Below are positions 54,401-64,000 of a stretch of 64,000 nt of DNA, one piece after another. Source of the stretch: an uncultured Candidatus Sumerlaeota bacterium (GTDB taxonomy: Bacteria; Sumerlaeota; Sumerlaeia; MWCT01; JAUWMI01); contig CAYVXD010000006.1 in NCBI GenBank assembly GCA_964454265.1, forward strand, positions 140-64,139. Reading direction: 5' to 3'. The first letter of the stretch is position 1, and every line of letters begins with the position of its first letter. Below the pieces are notes generated by a model, which saw nothing but the letters and a program-made list of their open reading frames with translations, made no database searches and was not told the DNA's origin. The position numbers and the translations under genes were made by a program.

Positions 54401-56256
54401 ACAGTGATCTGCAGCGATCGTTAGCGTATGCAAATTTGTACTACAACCGGCTGGATGACGCAATTCGCGAGTATCAGACCATTCTTGAGCGAAACCCCAC
54501 GGATGAGGAGGCGCTTGTGAATCTTGCGCTGGCCTTTGCCCAGCAGCGCAAAGTGGACGAGGCCTCAGCGCTTTGCTACCAGCGTGCCTTGAAGATCGCT
54601 CCGACAAATGAGAGTCTGCATATGATTATGGCCCGTGTGCATGCGCATCGGGGCGATATGGCGTTGAGCGTGGAGGAGTATAAACGGGCACTCAAGGCCA
54701 AACCAAAGATTGAGGAGAAGATCGCTGCGGATTGTTTGGCGCTACTGGGCCAGCATCCCGAAGCGATAAAATTGCGTTGGTTTCTCTGCCACTTACTGGT
54801 TTCCGTGGGGCGTCTTAAAGAGGCGATCGAGCAGCTCGATGCGATTTTTGAAGATCATCCCGACCAGGTGAAGGAGATCATTGAGTGCCATAGGCAGATT
54901 CTGGCAAAGGATCCGCGGAACGTTGGTGCACACTTGCGCAAAGGGATAATGCTGAAGATTCAGGGACGTCTGGAAGAGGCGCGAGAAGCCATCGAGCGTG
55001 CTCATGAACTTCAGCCATCGGACGCTGACGTGCGCGCAGAGCTCCAGGATCTTTACGAATTCTTGCTGAACGAGCACGAGGATATTGATATCCGCTTTAA
55101 TCTGGCACATCTGTATTATCAAGCGGGCGACTACGACAAAGCGATTGGGAATTACCAGAAGGCAGGCCAGGATTACCGGTTGGAGAAGGAGAGCTCGAGG
55201 ATGCTGGGCAAGTGCTTCCTGGCGAAAGGGATGCTGGATCTGACGTTGCAGGAATTCAAGAAGTTGACGATTGACAATGAGCTAAAAGACCTTCTTTATG
55301 ACCTTGCAAGCCGCTACGAGGCGAAAAATGATCTTGTTGGCGCCAAAACGGTCTACAGGCAGCTGTTTGCGGCGGACATTGATTACAAGAACGTACGCGA
55401 GAAACTCGAGGCGCTGGCTGGCTCAACCAGTGATCCAATAGTGTTTGAGAAAACAACGATCCTGAACAGCTTAAGTGAGGAGGCAAAACGGCGCTACGAA
55501 CTGCTTGACGAACTGGGACGCGGCTCAATGGGGATCGTCTATAAGGCGCGTGATAATGAACTGGACGACGTGGTCGCACTGAAGATCTTGCCCGACAATC
55601 TGTCGAACAATCCCGAGGCAGTAGCCCGATTCAAGCAGGAAGCGCGGTCGGCACGCCGCTTAAGTCACCGCAGCATTGTACGCATCCACGACATCGGGGA
55701 AGAGATGGGGCGCAAGTACATCTCTATGGAGTATGTTGATGGAACGAATCTGAAGGACATGTTGCGGAAAAGCAGGAAGTTGCCCTATAAGTCGCTGGTT
55801 TTGTATATGCGCCAGATCTGCCAGGCGCTCTCGTATGCGCACAGCATTGGTATTATTCATCGCGACATCAAGCCGGCGAATATTATGATTACGCGCAACG
55901 ATCAGATAAAGATCACGGATTTCGGGATTGCCAAGATCATGGAGTCGACCGAGGCAACGCTGGCGGGCATGGTAATCGGCACGCCTCTTTATATGTCGCC
56001 AGAACAGGTGGAGGGGCGGCCAGTGGACAATCGAGCGGACATCTATGGGTTCGGAGTTACGTTTTATGAACTGGCATCTGGGTTTGTGCCTTTTGCTGAG
56101 GGTGATCTGGCCTATCAGCACTTGCACGTGGAGCCGAAACCCCTGACGGGCTATCCGCCAGAATTCGTGCAGATCGTTATGAAATGTTTGAAGAAAAAGC
56201 GAGAGGAACGCTGGAGCTCGGTGGACGAAATCCTGTTGAAGCTCGAACAACTATAA
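51409..56256 (+). CDS. Giant transmembrane Ser/Thr protein kinase: N-terminal FG-GAP/BamB-like beta-propeller, TM segment, ~800-aa TPR array, C-terminal Hanks kinase
   Basis: Signal/anchor is VVALLLVLCGSALA. Six or more D.N.DG-type blades are present (DLNADGEYEIV, GDGTWDIAVGG, GDMNGDGLDEVVFGD, DLNNDGNVDVVIA, DATGDGQADVFF). The TM segment is IALLLLSCVAGLSVVLCVMLIGL. Many TPR-like units follow. Kinase motifs are GRGSMGIVYKA, VALK, HRDIKPANIM, DFGIAK and GTPLYMSPE. There is no in-frame ATG before the signal peptide, so the start (TTG at 51409) is uncertain. Confidence 0.85.
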   Translation: MLTYLIKSQVCNGGKRLELRRKGRETWWSRIAGPFVVALLLVLCGSALAESDYPILWQKRLALRVMNDPVVADLNADGEYEIVLSDVRGNLVALFASSGKRYWTCSVCRAALTAPVVGNFTGDGTWDIAVGGADGRLYLVDGATGKSMGSWQVGNSIYSAPTVLALPGADLNGKDGLLIIDGQGTVLLYEIDYGAALEQWRFATAARVTAPASAGHVRNQERMDAVLGTATGEIWVIDVGRPENALKYQHPAGMVPLTILGLGDMNGDGLDEVVFGDTSGNLYALKATAEGLRPVWKERALFNVPTTDPILTDLNNDGNVDVVIATAKSLFAFDGMTGSKLWLKDYILHFSMTTSLGLVTTDQAESFLTFGDEEGNWHVVNGAEGKETAYLLHRGIHDHTPLVLDATGDGQADVFFVASNTRKVTVFSTPFSLPERTGLAWQTRGGNLARNCRWDEGYFARIAAQNTKLRQQIDIFLQAAKTEVSQKNWEAALSVSADVLRINPRHREARWLRLYAWVRSHIALLLLSCVAGLSVVLCVMLIGLRALRRYRAVKKADTAVTQDRLDEAARLYLRVLAKDPVNQRVNVSLALVLIKLGDFGRDSIPVFERAYRVRSGDPAILKALATAYSRAALVDDNALRVYLDAVELFEERGVLEYLIGKIYERKRQLELAARYFRNALRAGLEHDDVYRTLADVYLQLGFRTARNLAVFERVHRVNPSNQAYLEALCDAYVDAKKMDDGAQRIYKQVLAVNPRYIPAMRQLAEIRIHNGAVKEATVFAQQILSLDPDNAHGLLLLSHCYLREGRNDPEALGIYEQALVHFPDDREILKTIAQIYFSQNRLSDAAVELYHRSYSANPKDVVVLLALAKVARERNNADLGIKAIEQLNALGHWSNELALQLAEAYAQNNVVELKAERVYREAVKAYPHDTRYKTLLSHVFLKQGKTIPEAIAMYEAVLKSNPLDLAFGRQLLKAYNKNARYEDALRLAPQMLKAYPDDSDLQRSLAYANLYYNRLDDAIREYQTILERNPTDEEALVNLALAFAQQRKVDEASALCYQRALKIAPTNESLHMIMARVHAHRGDMALSVEEYKRALKAKPKIEEKIAADCLALLGQHPEAIKLRWFLCHLLVSVGRLKEAIEQLDAIFEDHPDQVKEIIECHRQILAKDPRNVGAHLRKGIMLKIQGRLEEAREAIERAHELQPSDADVRAELQDLYEFLLNEHEDIDIRFNLAHLYYQAGDYDKAIGNYQKAGQDYRLEKESSRMLGKCFLAKGMLDLTLQEFKKLTIDNELKDLLYDLASRYEAKNDLVGAKTVYRQLFAADIDYKNVREKLEALAGSTSDPIVFEKTTILNSLSEEAKRRYELLDELGRGSMGIVYKARDNELDDVVALKILPDNLSNNPEAVARFKQEARSARRLSHRSIVRIHDIGEEMGRKYISMEYVDGTNLKDMLRKSRKLPYKSLVLYMRQICQALSYAHSIGIIHRDIKPANIMITRNDQIKITDFGIAKIMESTEATLAGMVIGTPLYMSPEQVEGRPVDNRADIYGFGVTFYELASGFVPFAEGDLAYQHLHVEPKPLTGYPPEFVQIVMKCLKKKREERWSSVDEILLKLEQL

Positions 56257-56445
56257 CCCTCACCAGAGAGCGGAGATAGAGTCCCTCAAGAAGAATCTTC
56301 GAATTGTGACCCGGTATATCTGCGGTACATTCGCAGTAGCGGTTCGGAAAGAAAACGGGAACGATCGAAGCTACGTCTGGTTCGGTTGAATTGCCGCACG
56401 ACGTGGTGTGGGTACTTGAGCGGTTTTTTCGAAAGAGGCTGATAC

Positions 56446-57105
56446 ATGGGACAGCGGATAGCTAGGTGGCGAGGATTCGGGGCAGTGGTGAGTCTAGTAA
56501 TAGTTATGGTGTGGGCTGGCGGGTGTCATCGGCAAAGGGGGCTTCGTCAGCTTCCGGAGGCGGTCAGGATTGCAGTGCTAGATTTTGACGTGCCCGAGAT
56601 CTTTAACACCCCGAAGGAAATTCGAGGATGGTGGTTTGGCGCACACGATATTTATCGTAATCCATATGCGGGCGAAGCCTTTGCGGATGTTCTGGCACGG
56701 CGACTGCGGCAGTTCGCCTTTGTTGACGTTTACTCGCGTAAAGACCTGAAGGTTTACATGGCGATGCAGAAGAACCGGGTGATGAGGGCGTATCCTCAGC
56801 TATCAGAGAAGCAGATTGAGGAGCTCCTGGAGCAGATCGAGCCATGGGAGTGGGGGAAGGATTTGGGTGTAGACAGGGTGATCACGGGGAAATTGCTGGT
56901 TGGCCGAACCGTGCATAATCGCACTATTCACTGGTGGTATAGTACAGTGGAGGCACAGATTCAGCTGATTGATGCTGAGACTGGGTCTATTGACTTGGAG
57001 ACGGCGGTGCATAGCACCAAGCAGTTTGCGTCGCAGCAGCGCACCCAGGAGCGGCTGGCGGATCGTTTCGTGCGCAAACTCAAGAAGCGACACCTCCTTG
57101 AGTAA
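56446..57105 (+). CDS. Hypothetical secreted protein or possible lipoprotein
   Basis: RBS is AAGAGG. The N-terminal hydrophobic segment ends in VWAGGC, a weak lipobox. 219 aa. I recognise no family. Confidence 0.5.
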   Translation: MGQRIARWRGFGAVVSLVIVMVWAGGCHRQRGLRQLPEAVRIAVLDFDVPEIFNTPKEIRGWWFGAHDIYRNPYAGEAFADVLARRLRQFAFVDVYSRKDLKVYMAMQKNRVMRAYPQLSEKQIEELLEQIEPWEWGKDLGVDRVITGKLLVGRTVHNRTIHWWYSTVEAQIQLIDAETGSIDLETAVHSTKQFASQQRTQERLADRFVRKLKKRHLLE

Positions 57106-57197
57106 AGGCCGGACAAGAGCTAACGATATCGAGAACCGTGCAAGGCAGATGCCTTGCGTGCGGGATGCGAGAAGACAGCAGTTGCGTACATGAGGTG

Positions 57198-58619
57198 ATG
57201 ACGTTGACAAACATGGATAAGGGGCTCAAACCAAAAGAGATAGTTCAGGCGCTGGACAAGTACATTATCGGCCAATATCGGGCGAAGAAGATGGTTGCCA
57301 TTGCGTTGCGGAATCGAGCGCGGCGCAAGGAGCTCCCCGAGGAGCTGCGTGACGAGGTGAGTCCGAAGAACATCATCATGATCGGCCCAACAGGTGTGGG
57401 CAAGACGGAGATTGCGCGGCGACTGTCGCGCCTGGCCCAAGCGCCGTTTGTCAAGGTAGAGGCGACGAAATACACGGAAGTCGGGTATGTTGGGCGCGAC
57501 GTGGAGAGCATGATACGCGACCTTACGGATATAGCGGTGAATATGGTGCGCGAGGAGCGTACCGGGGAAGTTCTAGACAAGGCGAAGCAACACACAGAGG
57601 AACGGCTGCTGGATTTGCTGCTGCCTGCTCCGCCGACTATCAGGCGTGTTGTACGGCGACGCAACGGCAAAGAGACAGAGACCTACGACGTAGATGAGCC
57701 GGCTGAGGGGGAGGCATTGACGCCGCACCAGAAGTGGATGCGCAATCGCGAGAAGCTGCGTGCGAAGCTGCGCGATGGCAAGCTGGAGGATCGCGAGGTT
57801 GAGTTCGAGGTAAGGGCGACATCGGCCCCGATGATTGCGGGATTTTCGATTGGCACGGGCATAGAAGAGATGGGACTGGATTTAAAGAATTTTTTTGACA
57901 AGGTAATGCCGCCGAAGACGAAGCAACTAAGGATGCTGATCAGTGAAGCACGGCGTGTCCTGACCGACGAAGAGGTGGAGAAGCTCCTTGACATGGACAA
58001 GATTATCAAGGAGGCACTCACGCGCGTGCAGGAATCGGGGATTGTCTTTATTGACGAGTTTGACAAGATTGCGGGCCGGGGCACGGCGTACGGCCCCGAC
58101 GTATCAAGAGAAGGTGTGCAGCGCGACATCCTTCCGATCGTTGAGGGCACAACTGCGTTTACGAAATATGGGATGGTATCGTCGGATCACATTCTGTTCA
58201 TTGCTGCAGGTGCGTTTCATCAGACGAAGCCGTCGGATTTAATTCCGGAGTTGCAGGGGCGTTTTCCGCTGCGTGTTGAATTGAGTTCTTTGACGGTGGA
58301 GGATTTCAAGCGAATTCTCACTGAGCCGGCAAATGCTCTGGTGAAGCAATACCAGGCTCTACTGGCTACTGAAGGGATCGAACTGGTTTTTACAGACGAC
58401 GGCATTGTGGAGATTGCGGAGTCGGCCTACAGGGTGAATTTGCAGTCGGAGAACATAGGTGCGCGCCGGCTCTATACGGTCATGGAGAAGATTCTTGAGG
58501 ATATTTCATTTGAGGCCCCAGATTTGCCAGAGAAAAGGGTGGTTATTGATCGGCAGTACGTACAGAATACGCTGAAGGATATTCTCAAAGATGAGGATCT
58601 AAGCAAATTTATTCTCTAG
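57198..58619 (+). CDS. hslU: ATP-dependent protease ATPase subunit HslU
   Basis: [17 protein letters not shown], Walker [17 protein letters not shown], Walker [10 protein letters not shown], and the C-terminus [18 protein letters not shown]. The start is ATG at 57198 or 57213; the ORF track start at 57138 is unlikely. Confidence 0.9.
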   Translation: MTLTNMDKGLKPKEIVQALDKYIIGQYRAKKMVAIALRNRARRKELPEELRDEVSPKNIIMIGPTGVGKTEIARRLSRLAQAPFVKVEATKYTEVGYVGRDVESMIRDLTDIAVNMVREERTGEVLDKAKQHTEERLLDLLLPAPPTIRRVVRRRNGKETETYDVDEPAEGEALTPHQKWMRNREKLRAKLRDGKLEDREVEFEVRATSAPMIAGFSIGTGIEEMGLDLKNFFDKVMPPKTKQLRMLISEARRVLTDEEVEKLLDMDKIIKEALTRVQESGIVFIDEFDKIAGRGTAYGPDVSREGVQRDILPIVEGTTAFTKYGMVSSDHILFIAAGAFHQTKPSDLIPELQGRFPLRVELSSLTVEDFKRILTEPANALVKQYQALLATEGIELVFTDDGIVEIAESAYRVNLQSENIGARRLYTVMEKILEDISFEAPDLPEKRVVIDRQYVQNTLKDILKDEDLSKFIL

Positions 58620-58656
58620 GAATGTACAAATAGTTTTGGGCAGGAGGAGTGGTTGA

Positions 58657-59970
<1,314 letters not shown>

Positions 59971-60227
59971 GCCGCAGGGATCAAGCCTTGACGCGAACTC
60001 GCGGTGAGAATCTGAAGGCGCTAGTATGCTGACAGGGGTTGGCTTTGTCTATAGCGGCTGGCACGTTGCTTCAGGATTTTGCATTTTCGGCTAGTGATTC
60101 TCGACTAGTCCGCCATTGTTCCTATGTGCAACTGCAAGCTCAGCGCGATGGCATGCGTATCCTCGATCTGCTGTAGGTGATCAGCAGAGGATTTCAGTCT
60201 GCCATGTATGGTGAAGAGAAACGGACC

Positions 60228-61034
60228 ATGGGGCTTTTCATGGCGGAGTTGATACGTGTCAGGCATTGGTACCTTGTCTGGCTCGTTTTGCTCGGACTGG
60301 GGGCGTGCGCCACGCAGCCGATTGTGACGCAAGAAATCATAACGGTGACGGGCAGAGGATACGCTCGCGATTTTGTAGCACCAGTAATTGAGCCGCCAAC
60401 GCGATATATGAAGAATCTCTGGGCAAATTTGTCTATTGAAGCGAGGGGCACGGCGAAGCCGCAGGCCGTCATTGCAAATCCGCTGCAGCGCAAGTTGATG
60501 GGGCAACTGCACGCCAGGAGTAATGCCAAGCGTGCGCTGGCGCAGAAAGTGGAAGAGTTAAAAATAACGGAAAATATCACACTGGCTGAGTACCTGGAGA
60601 CTTATCCTGCTCTTCGCCCGCAGGTCGAAGCGCTCATTGGGAATGCTGATATCGTCCAGGAAGACGAGCTGGCTGATGGCATCTGGAGCGTGCGTGTGAA
60701 GTTGAAGTTGGCTGCGCTGGCAGAGCTGATCGAACCTCAGAAGTTGCCAGAGTCGAGTAAGCAGAAGCAGACGCTCCCCCAGACAATTCGGGAGAAGGCA
60801 GAAGCGCAGGCAATCTGGAATGCACGCGACAGGCTCATGTACTATATCGCAGGACTTGAAATTCAATCCGGAGCAACAGTTTCCGAATGGATGCGGCGAG
60901 ATCCGAGGTTGTACCAGCACGTGCGGGCTATGGTGCAAAATGCTCCAATTGTTGATACGCGTTACCCGGACGATGGGGTATGTGAGGTGGATTTGGAATT
61001 TGATCTCGCTGAGATTCGTGCACTGCTGCATTAA
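60228..61034 (+). CDS. Lipoprotein, LPP20/FlgP-like repeat architecture (tentative)
   Basis: Lipobox is LLGLGAC. There are two similar helical-plus-beta units (AKRALAQKVEELKI...WSVRVKLKL and ARDRLMYYIAGLEI...CEVDLEFDL). The start is ATG at 60228 or 60240. Confidence 0.5.
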   Translation: MGLFMAELIRVRHWYLVWLVLLGLGACATQPIVTQEIITVTGRGYARDFVAPVIEPPTRYMKNLWANLSIEARGTAKPQAVIANPLQRKLMGQLHARSNAKRALAQKVEELKITENITLAEYLETYPALRPQVEALIGNADIVQEDELADGIWSVRVKLKLAALAELIEPQKLPESSKQKQTLPQTIREKAEAQAIWNARDRLMYYIAGLEIQSGATVSEWMRRDPRLYQHVRAMVQNAPIVDTRYPDDGVCEVDLEFDLAEIRALLH

Positions 61035-61097
61035 GCGTTTTAGAGCTATAGATTGTAATGGATGTTAAAAAGCATGTCCGGGTGTACTTTGTGATCT

Positions 61098-61706
61098 ATG
61101 AAACCTATTATTCTCGCCTCAAACTCACCTCGCCGAATTGGACTTCTCAAAGCCACGGGCTTGCGATTCAAGATTCAGCCGAGCACGATTGACGAAGGCC
61201 AGATCAGTCTTGTGCGGCCGCGCGACCGGGCTATCAAGGCTGCTCTTCTCAAGGCGAGCGCAGTTGCCACGAGCCTTGGCAAGGGCGTGGTGATTGGTGC
61301 TGATACCATTGTGTGCCTCGGAGACAAGATATACGGTAAGCCGGCTGACCGCCTGAGTGCTGAGCAGATGCTACGCTCGCTGAGCGGTCAGACGCATTGT
61401 GTGATTACCGGCCTGGCGATCCGCGAAGTGCAACATTCGACAGCGCTCCTGGATGCTGTGGAAACTCGGGTAAAGATGCGGCACATTTCGGACGAGGAGC
61501 TGCAGTGGTATCTGGATTCAGGGGAGCCTTTTGATAAAGCAGGCGCGTATGGTATCCAGGGGCTTGCCGGAAAATTTGTGGAGCACATAGAAGGATGTTA
61601 CTTCAATGTGGTGGGACTTCCTTTGCCACGCCTGATTGAAATGCTGTCGCAATTTATTGATACCTCATCGCTCACTATTCCTGATAAGTTCTATCGGTCA
61701 GAGTAG
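61098..61706 (+). CDS. maf: Maf-family nucleoside-triphosphate pyrophosphatase
   Basis: IILASNSPRR, GADTIV, FDKAGAYGIQG. 202 aa. Confidence 0.9.
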   Translation: MKPIILASNSPRRIGLLKATGLRFKIQPSTIDEGQISLVRPRDRAIKAALLKASAVATSLGKGVVIGADTIVCLGDKIYGKPADRLSAEQMLRSLSGQTHCVITGLAIREVQHSTALLDAVETRVKMRHISDEELQWYLDSGEPFDKAGAYGIQGLAGKFVEHIEGCYFNVVGLPLPRLIEMLSQFIDTSSLTIPDKFYRSE

Positions 61707-61737
61707 GATGTCACCATGCGAGAAGGTGAGGGGGCAA

Positions 61738-62112
61738 CTACTTATCAAATATCTCGGGTTTGTGGTCTTGCGCACGAGATTTATACTGGTCTTGTTGCGT
61801 GGAGAGTTTAAGACGATAGCGGCGGATGATGAGTCCACCGACAATTCCGAGGATAAGGAACAGGATAAGGTTTATCACGAGAGCACGCACACTATCCAGG
61901 CCGTAGATATTTTCAATGGCGTTATAGATAGACCAGAGGAGCAGATTTAAAGGCCCAGCGGCTGCGCCAAGCACAAGCCACAACCTGGCTTCACCGGTCC
62001 AGATTTTCTCACGTAGGGCCGCTATGAGCACAATCACAATAGATGGCGTCAGAAATGCCAGCACGAAGAACAGAAAGTTGATAAAGCCCTCGTTGAGTAT
62101 TAGCTTCAGCAT
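61738..62112 (-). CDS. Small integral membrane protein (3 predicted TM segments)
   Basis: 124 aa with three hydrophobic stretches. I recognise no family. Confidence 0.45.
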   Translation of the reverse strand: MLKLILNEGFINFLFFVLAFLTPSIVIVLIAALREKIWTGEARLWLVLGAAAGPLNLLLWSIYNAIENIYGLDSVRALVINLILFLILGIVGGLIIRRYRLKLSTQQDQYKSRAQDHKPEIFDK

Positions 62113-62249
62113 CGAGCTTACTTACTCCCCAGTGGACTGATTATTTAAACTCAATATCCTACTCCCCAGGCCTTTACATCTTCCTAAACAACACTTCCTC
62201 AGGAGCTAACGTAATATAAAAACGCGCAGCGCCGTGATGTATTTGGTAG

Positions 62250-63926
62250 TTACATGCGCTCTGGTGCCGATACTCCCAGAATAGATAACCCGTTGGCAAT
62301 TGTAATGCGAAGACATTCAATCAGGGCGAGCCGTGCCTGGGTTAATTCTTGATTGTCAGGGACCAGAACGCGATACTCGCTCTCTTTTGTTCCAATTGTA
62401 AAGTATTGATGAAAGGCGCCGGCCAGCTGGCGCAGGTAGAGAGTAAGATGATGCGGCTCAACCGCTTCCGCAGATTTTCTGATCACCTGTGGCAGCTGCG
62501 CAAGTAGCATGATGATGTCTTTCTCTTCAGCGGTTTCAAGGAGTGCGATATTAGCACGTTCGGCTCCCCGGTACTGAATGCCAAGTTCAGCGCCCTTTTT
62601 GAAGATCGAGCAGAAGCGGGCATGGGCGTATTGGACGTAGTAGACCGGATTGTTCATTGAGGTGTCTTTTGCCAGCTCCCAGTCAAATACGAGGTGGCTA
62701 TCGGCACTGCGCATGAGGAAGAAGAAGCGCACGACATCGCGTCCAAGCTCGTTGATCATCGATTTGAGGGTAATGAAATCGCCACTGCGGGTAGAGAGCT
62801 TGGTGCGCTCGCCATCTTTGAGCAGAGTGACCATTTGAATTATGACGCAGCGGAGCGCAGAGCTCGGATATCCGAGGGCTTCGATACCTGCGGCGAGTCG
62901 AGGAACGTAGCCGTGGTGATCCCCACCAAAGGCATTGACCAGGACGTCGTAGCGGCGTTCGTACTTGAATCTATGGTAGGCAAGGTCAGGAGCGAGGTAG
63001 GTTGGCTCGCCGTCGCGTTTCACGAGCACGCGGTCTTTTTCGTCTCCATACTCTGAGCTACGGAGCCACCATGCGCCGTCGTGCTGGTAGGCCTTATTGC
63101 GTGCTTTGAGTTCGTCGAGCGTTTCGCGGACTTTGCCCTCATGGTGCATTGCCGATTCGCAGATCCATTCATCGAATGTAATGCCCAGGCTCTTCATATC
63201 CTCGTCAATAGAGCGGAGGATTTCTTTTGTGGCGTAGTTGGTGAAGAAGCTAACGTCAGTTTCGTTCTTGCGACTATCGCCAATCTCGCTGACCAATGGC
63301 CGGGCAATTTCAACGAGGTATTCGCCCTGATAACCATCCGGTGGCAGTGCGGCCTTGGTGCCGAGTTGCTGTAGGTAGCGAGCACGCAGCGATTCGCCTA
63401 GTTTTTTCATCTGCACGCCAGCATCGTTAAAGTAGTACTCGCGTGTAACTGCGTAGCCAGCGGCCTGGAGGCATCGGGCTATGGTATCGCCCACCACGGC
63501 ATTGCGCGCATGGCCGATGTGGAGCGGGCCCGTAGGATTGGCGCTAACGAATTCCACAAGGGCACGCTTTCCGTGTCCAATGTCGCAGCGACCGTAGTGC
63601 GCCTGCTCGCTGGAGATGTGGCGCAATATTTCACCGTGGGCATTGTTCGTGACAGCAAAATTGATAAATCCCGGGGGGGCGGCATTCACGCGCGCGATCA
63701 TAGGATCAGCAGCAACGAGTTCCGCAATTGCGTTGGCGATTTCCATGGGTGATTTCCGCAAAGCTCGGGCCAGGAGCATGGCTACCGGAGTGGCAAAATC
63801 GCCGTACTCCTTATTCTTTGGAATTTCAATGGTGATGGGGGTAGGAATTTCTTCTCGTCCAAGCGCTCGCATGTAGCGCTGCGTAGCATCATGAACAAGC
63901 GATTCGATATGCTGATTGATGTCCAT
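62250..63926 (-). CDS. argS: Arginine--tRNA ligase
   Basis: HIGH region is ANPTGPLHIGHARN. It has a DALR-type anticodon-binding C-terminus ending in M. 558 aa. Confidence 0.95.
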   Translation of the reverse strand: MDINQHIESLVHDATQRYMRALGREEIPTPITIEIPKNKEYGDFATPVAMLLARALRKSPMEIANAIAELVAADPMIARVNAAPPGFINFAVTNNAHGEILRHISSEQAHYGRCDIGHGKRALVEFVSANPTGPLHIGHARNAVVGDTIARCLQAAGYAVTREYYFNDAGVQMKKLGESLRARYLQQLGTKAALPPDGYQGEYLVEIARPLVSEIGDSRKNETDVSFFTNYATKEILRSIDEDMKSLGITFDEWICESAMHHEGKVRETLDELKARNKAYQHDGAWWLRSSEYGDEKDRVLVKRDGEPTYLAPDLAYHRFKYERRYDVLVNAFGGDHHGYVPRLAAGIEALGYPSSALRCVIIQMVTLLKDGERTKLSTRSGDFITLKSMINELGRDVVRFFFLMRSADSHLVFDWELAKDTSMNNPVYYVQYAHARFCSIFKKGAELGIQYRGAERANIALLETAEEKDIIMLLAQLPQVIRKSAEAVEPHHLTLYLRQLAGAFHQYFTIGTKESEYRVLVPDNQELTQARLALIECLRITIANGLSILGVSAPERM

Positions 63927-64000
63927 ATAGAAAAGCGAATTTCTTGGGCTTACTGGTATTCTCTGCGCTCTCTTCTATTAATGAGGGCACTAAATAATAG

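Noticed and set aside
55660-56250. 196-aa minus-strand ORF
   Set aside because: It is antisense to the kinase domain, which has intact Hanks motifs on the plus strand.
56446-57105. Candidate hslV upstream of hslU
   Set aside because: The protein has a signal-like N-terminus, lacks the N-terminal Thr active site, and does not resemble the proteasome beta-type sequence.

Overview
This 64 kb window looks like a bacterial chromosome segment of roughly 50% GC, judged by eye. I could not place the lineage. I call 46 protein-coding genes. I recognised no rRNA, tRNA, CRISPR array, transposase or integrase. All family assignments come from motifs read in the supplied translations; no database search was run.

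Gene content from left to right:
- A GT4 glycosyltransferase and a DUF1343/NamZ-like gene.
- A minus-strand glycan operon (wzm, wzt, methyltransferase, tandem GT4, GT4) in the same gene order as the E. coli O8/O9a polymannan cluster.
- korAB, an aspartase-like lyase, cysK and an SDR-family gene.
- An FAD oxidoreductase plus peroxiredoxin pair.
- A 1.36 kb gene-free, AT-rich region with DnaA boxes and 9-mer arrays.
- A secreted beta-helix protein with 11 repeats.
- Three tandem EutN/CcmL microcompartment vertex genes with no shell genes nearby.
- A Phd/PIN toxin-antitoxin pair.
- Two GT-C-type membrane glycosyltransferases (GT39-like and YfhO) next to a GldA/F/G-like ABC transporter with a DUF4340 gene.
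- An M16 peptidase, pnp, rpsO, an NCS2 purine permease and recF.
- A ubiA-ubiX-ubiE block.
- A plus-strand envelope cluster: membrane-anchored helical protein, PHP-like lipoprotein, M15 peptidase with a dockerin-like insert, a 1615-aa propeller/TPR/Ser-Thr kinase, and a possible lipoprotein.
- hslU without hslV, eno, an LPP20-like lipoprotein, maf and argS.

Observations most worth a second look:
- The orphan BMC-P triplet.
- A roughly 100-125 aa module (GWY.PE-x6-MRWT ... D.R.LGI) shared by the far C-terminus of Wzt and an insertion in a GT4 of the same operon.
- A family of exactly 28-bp palindromes with conserved ends and covarying cores, sitting between co-directional genes.
- The gene-free region with DnaA boxes and iteron-like repeats.
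- The inverted-topology giant kinase.
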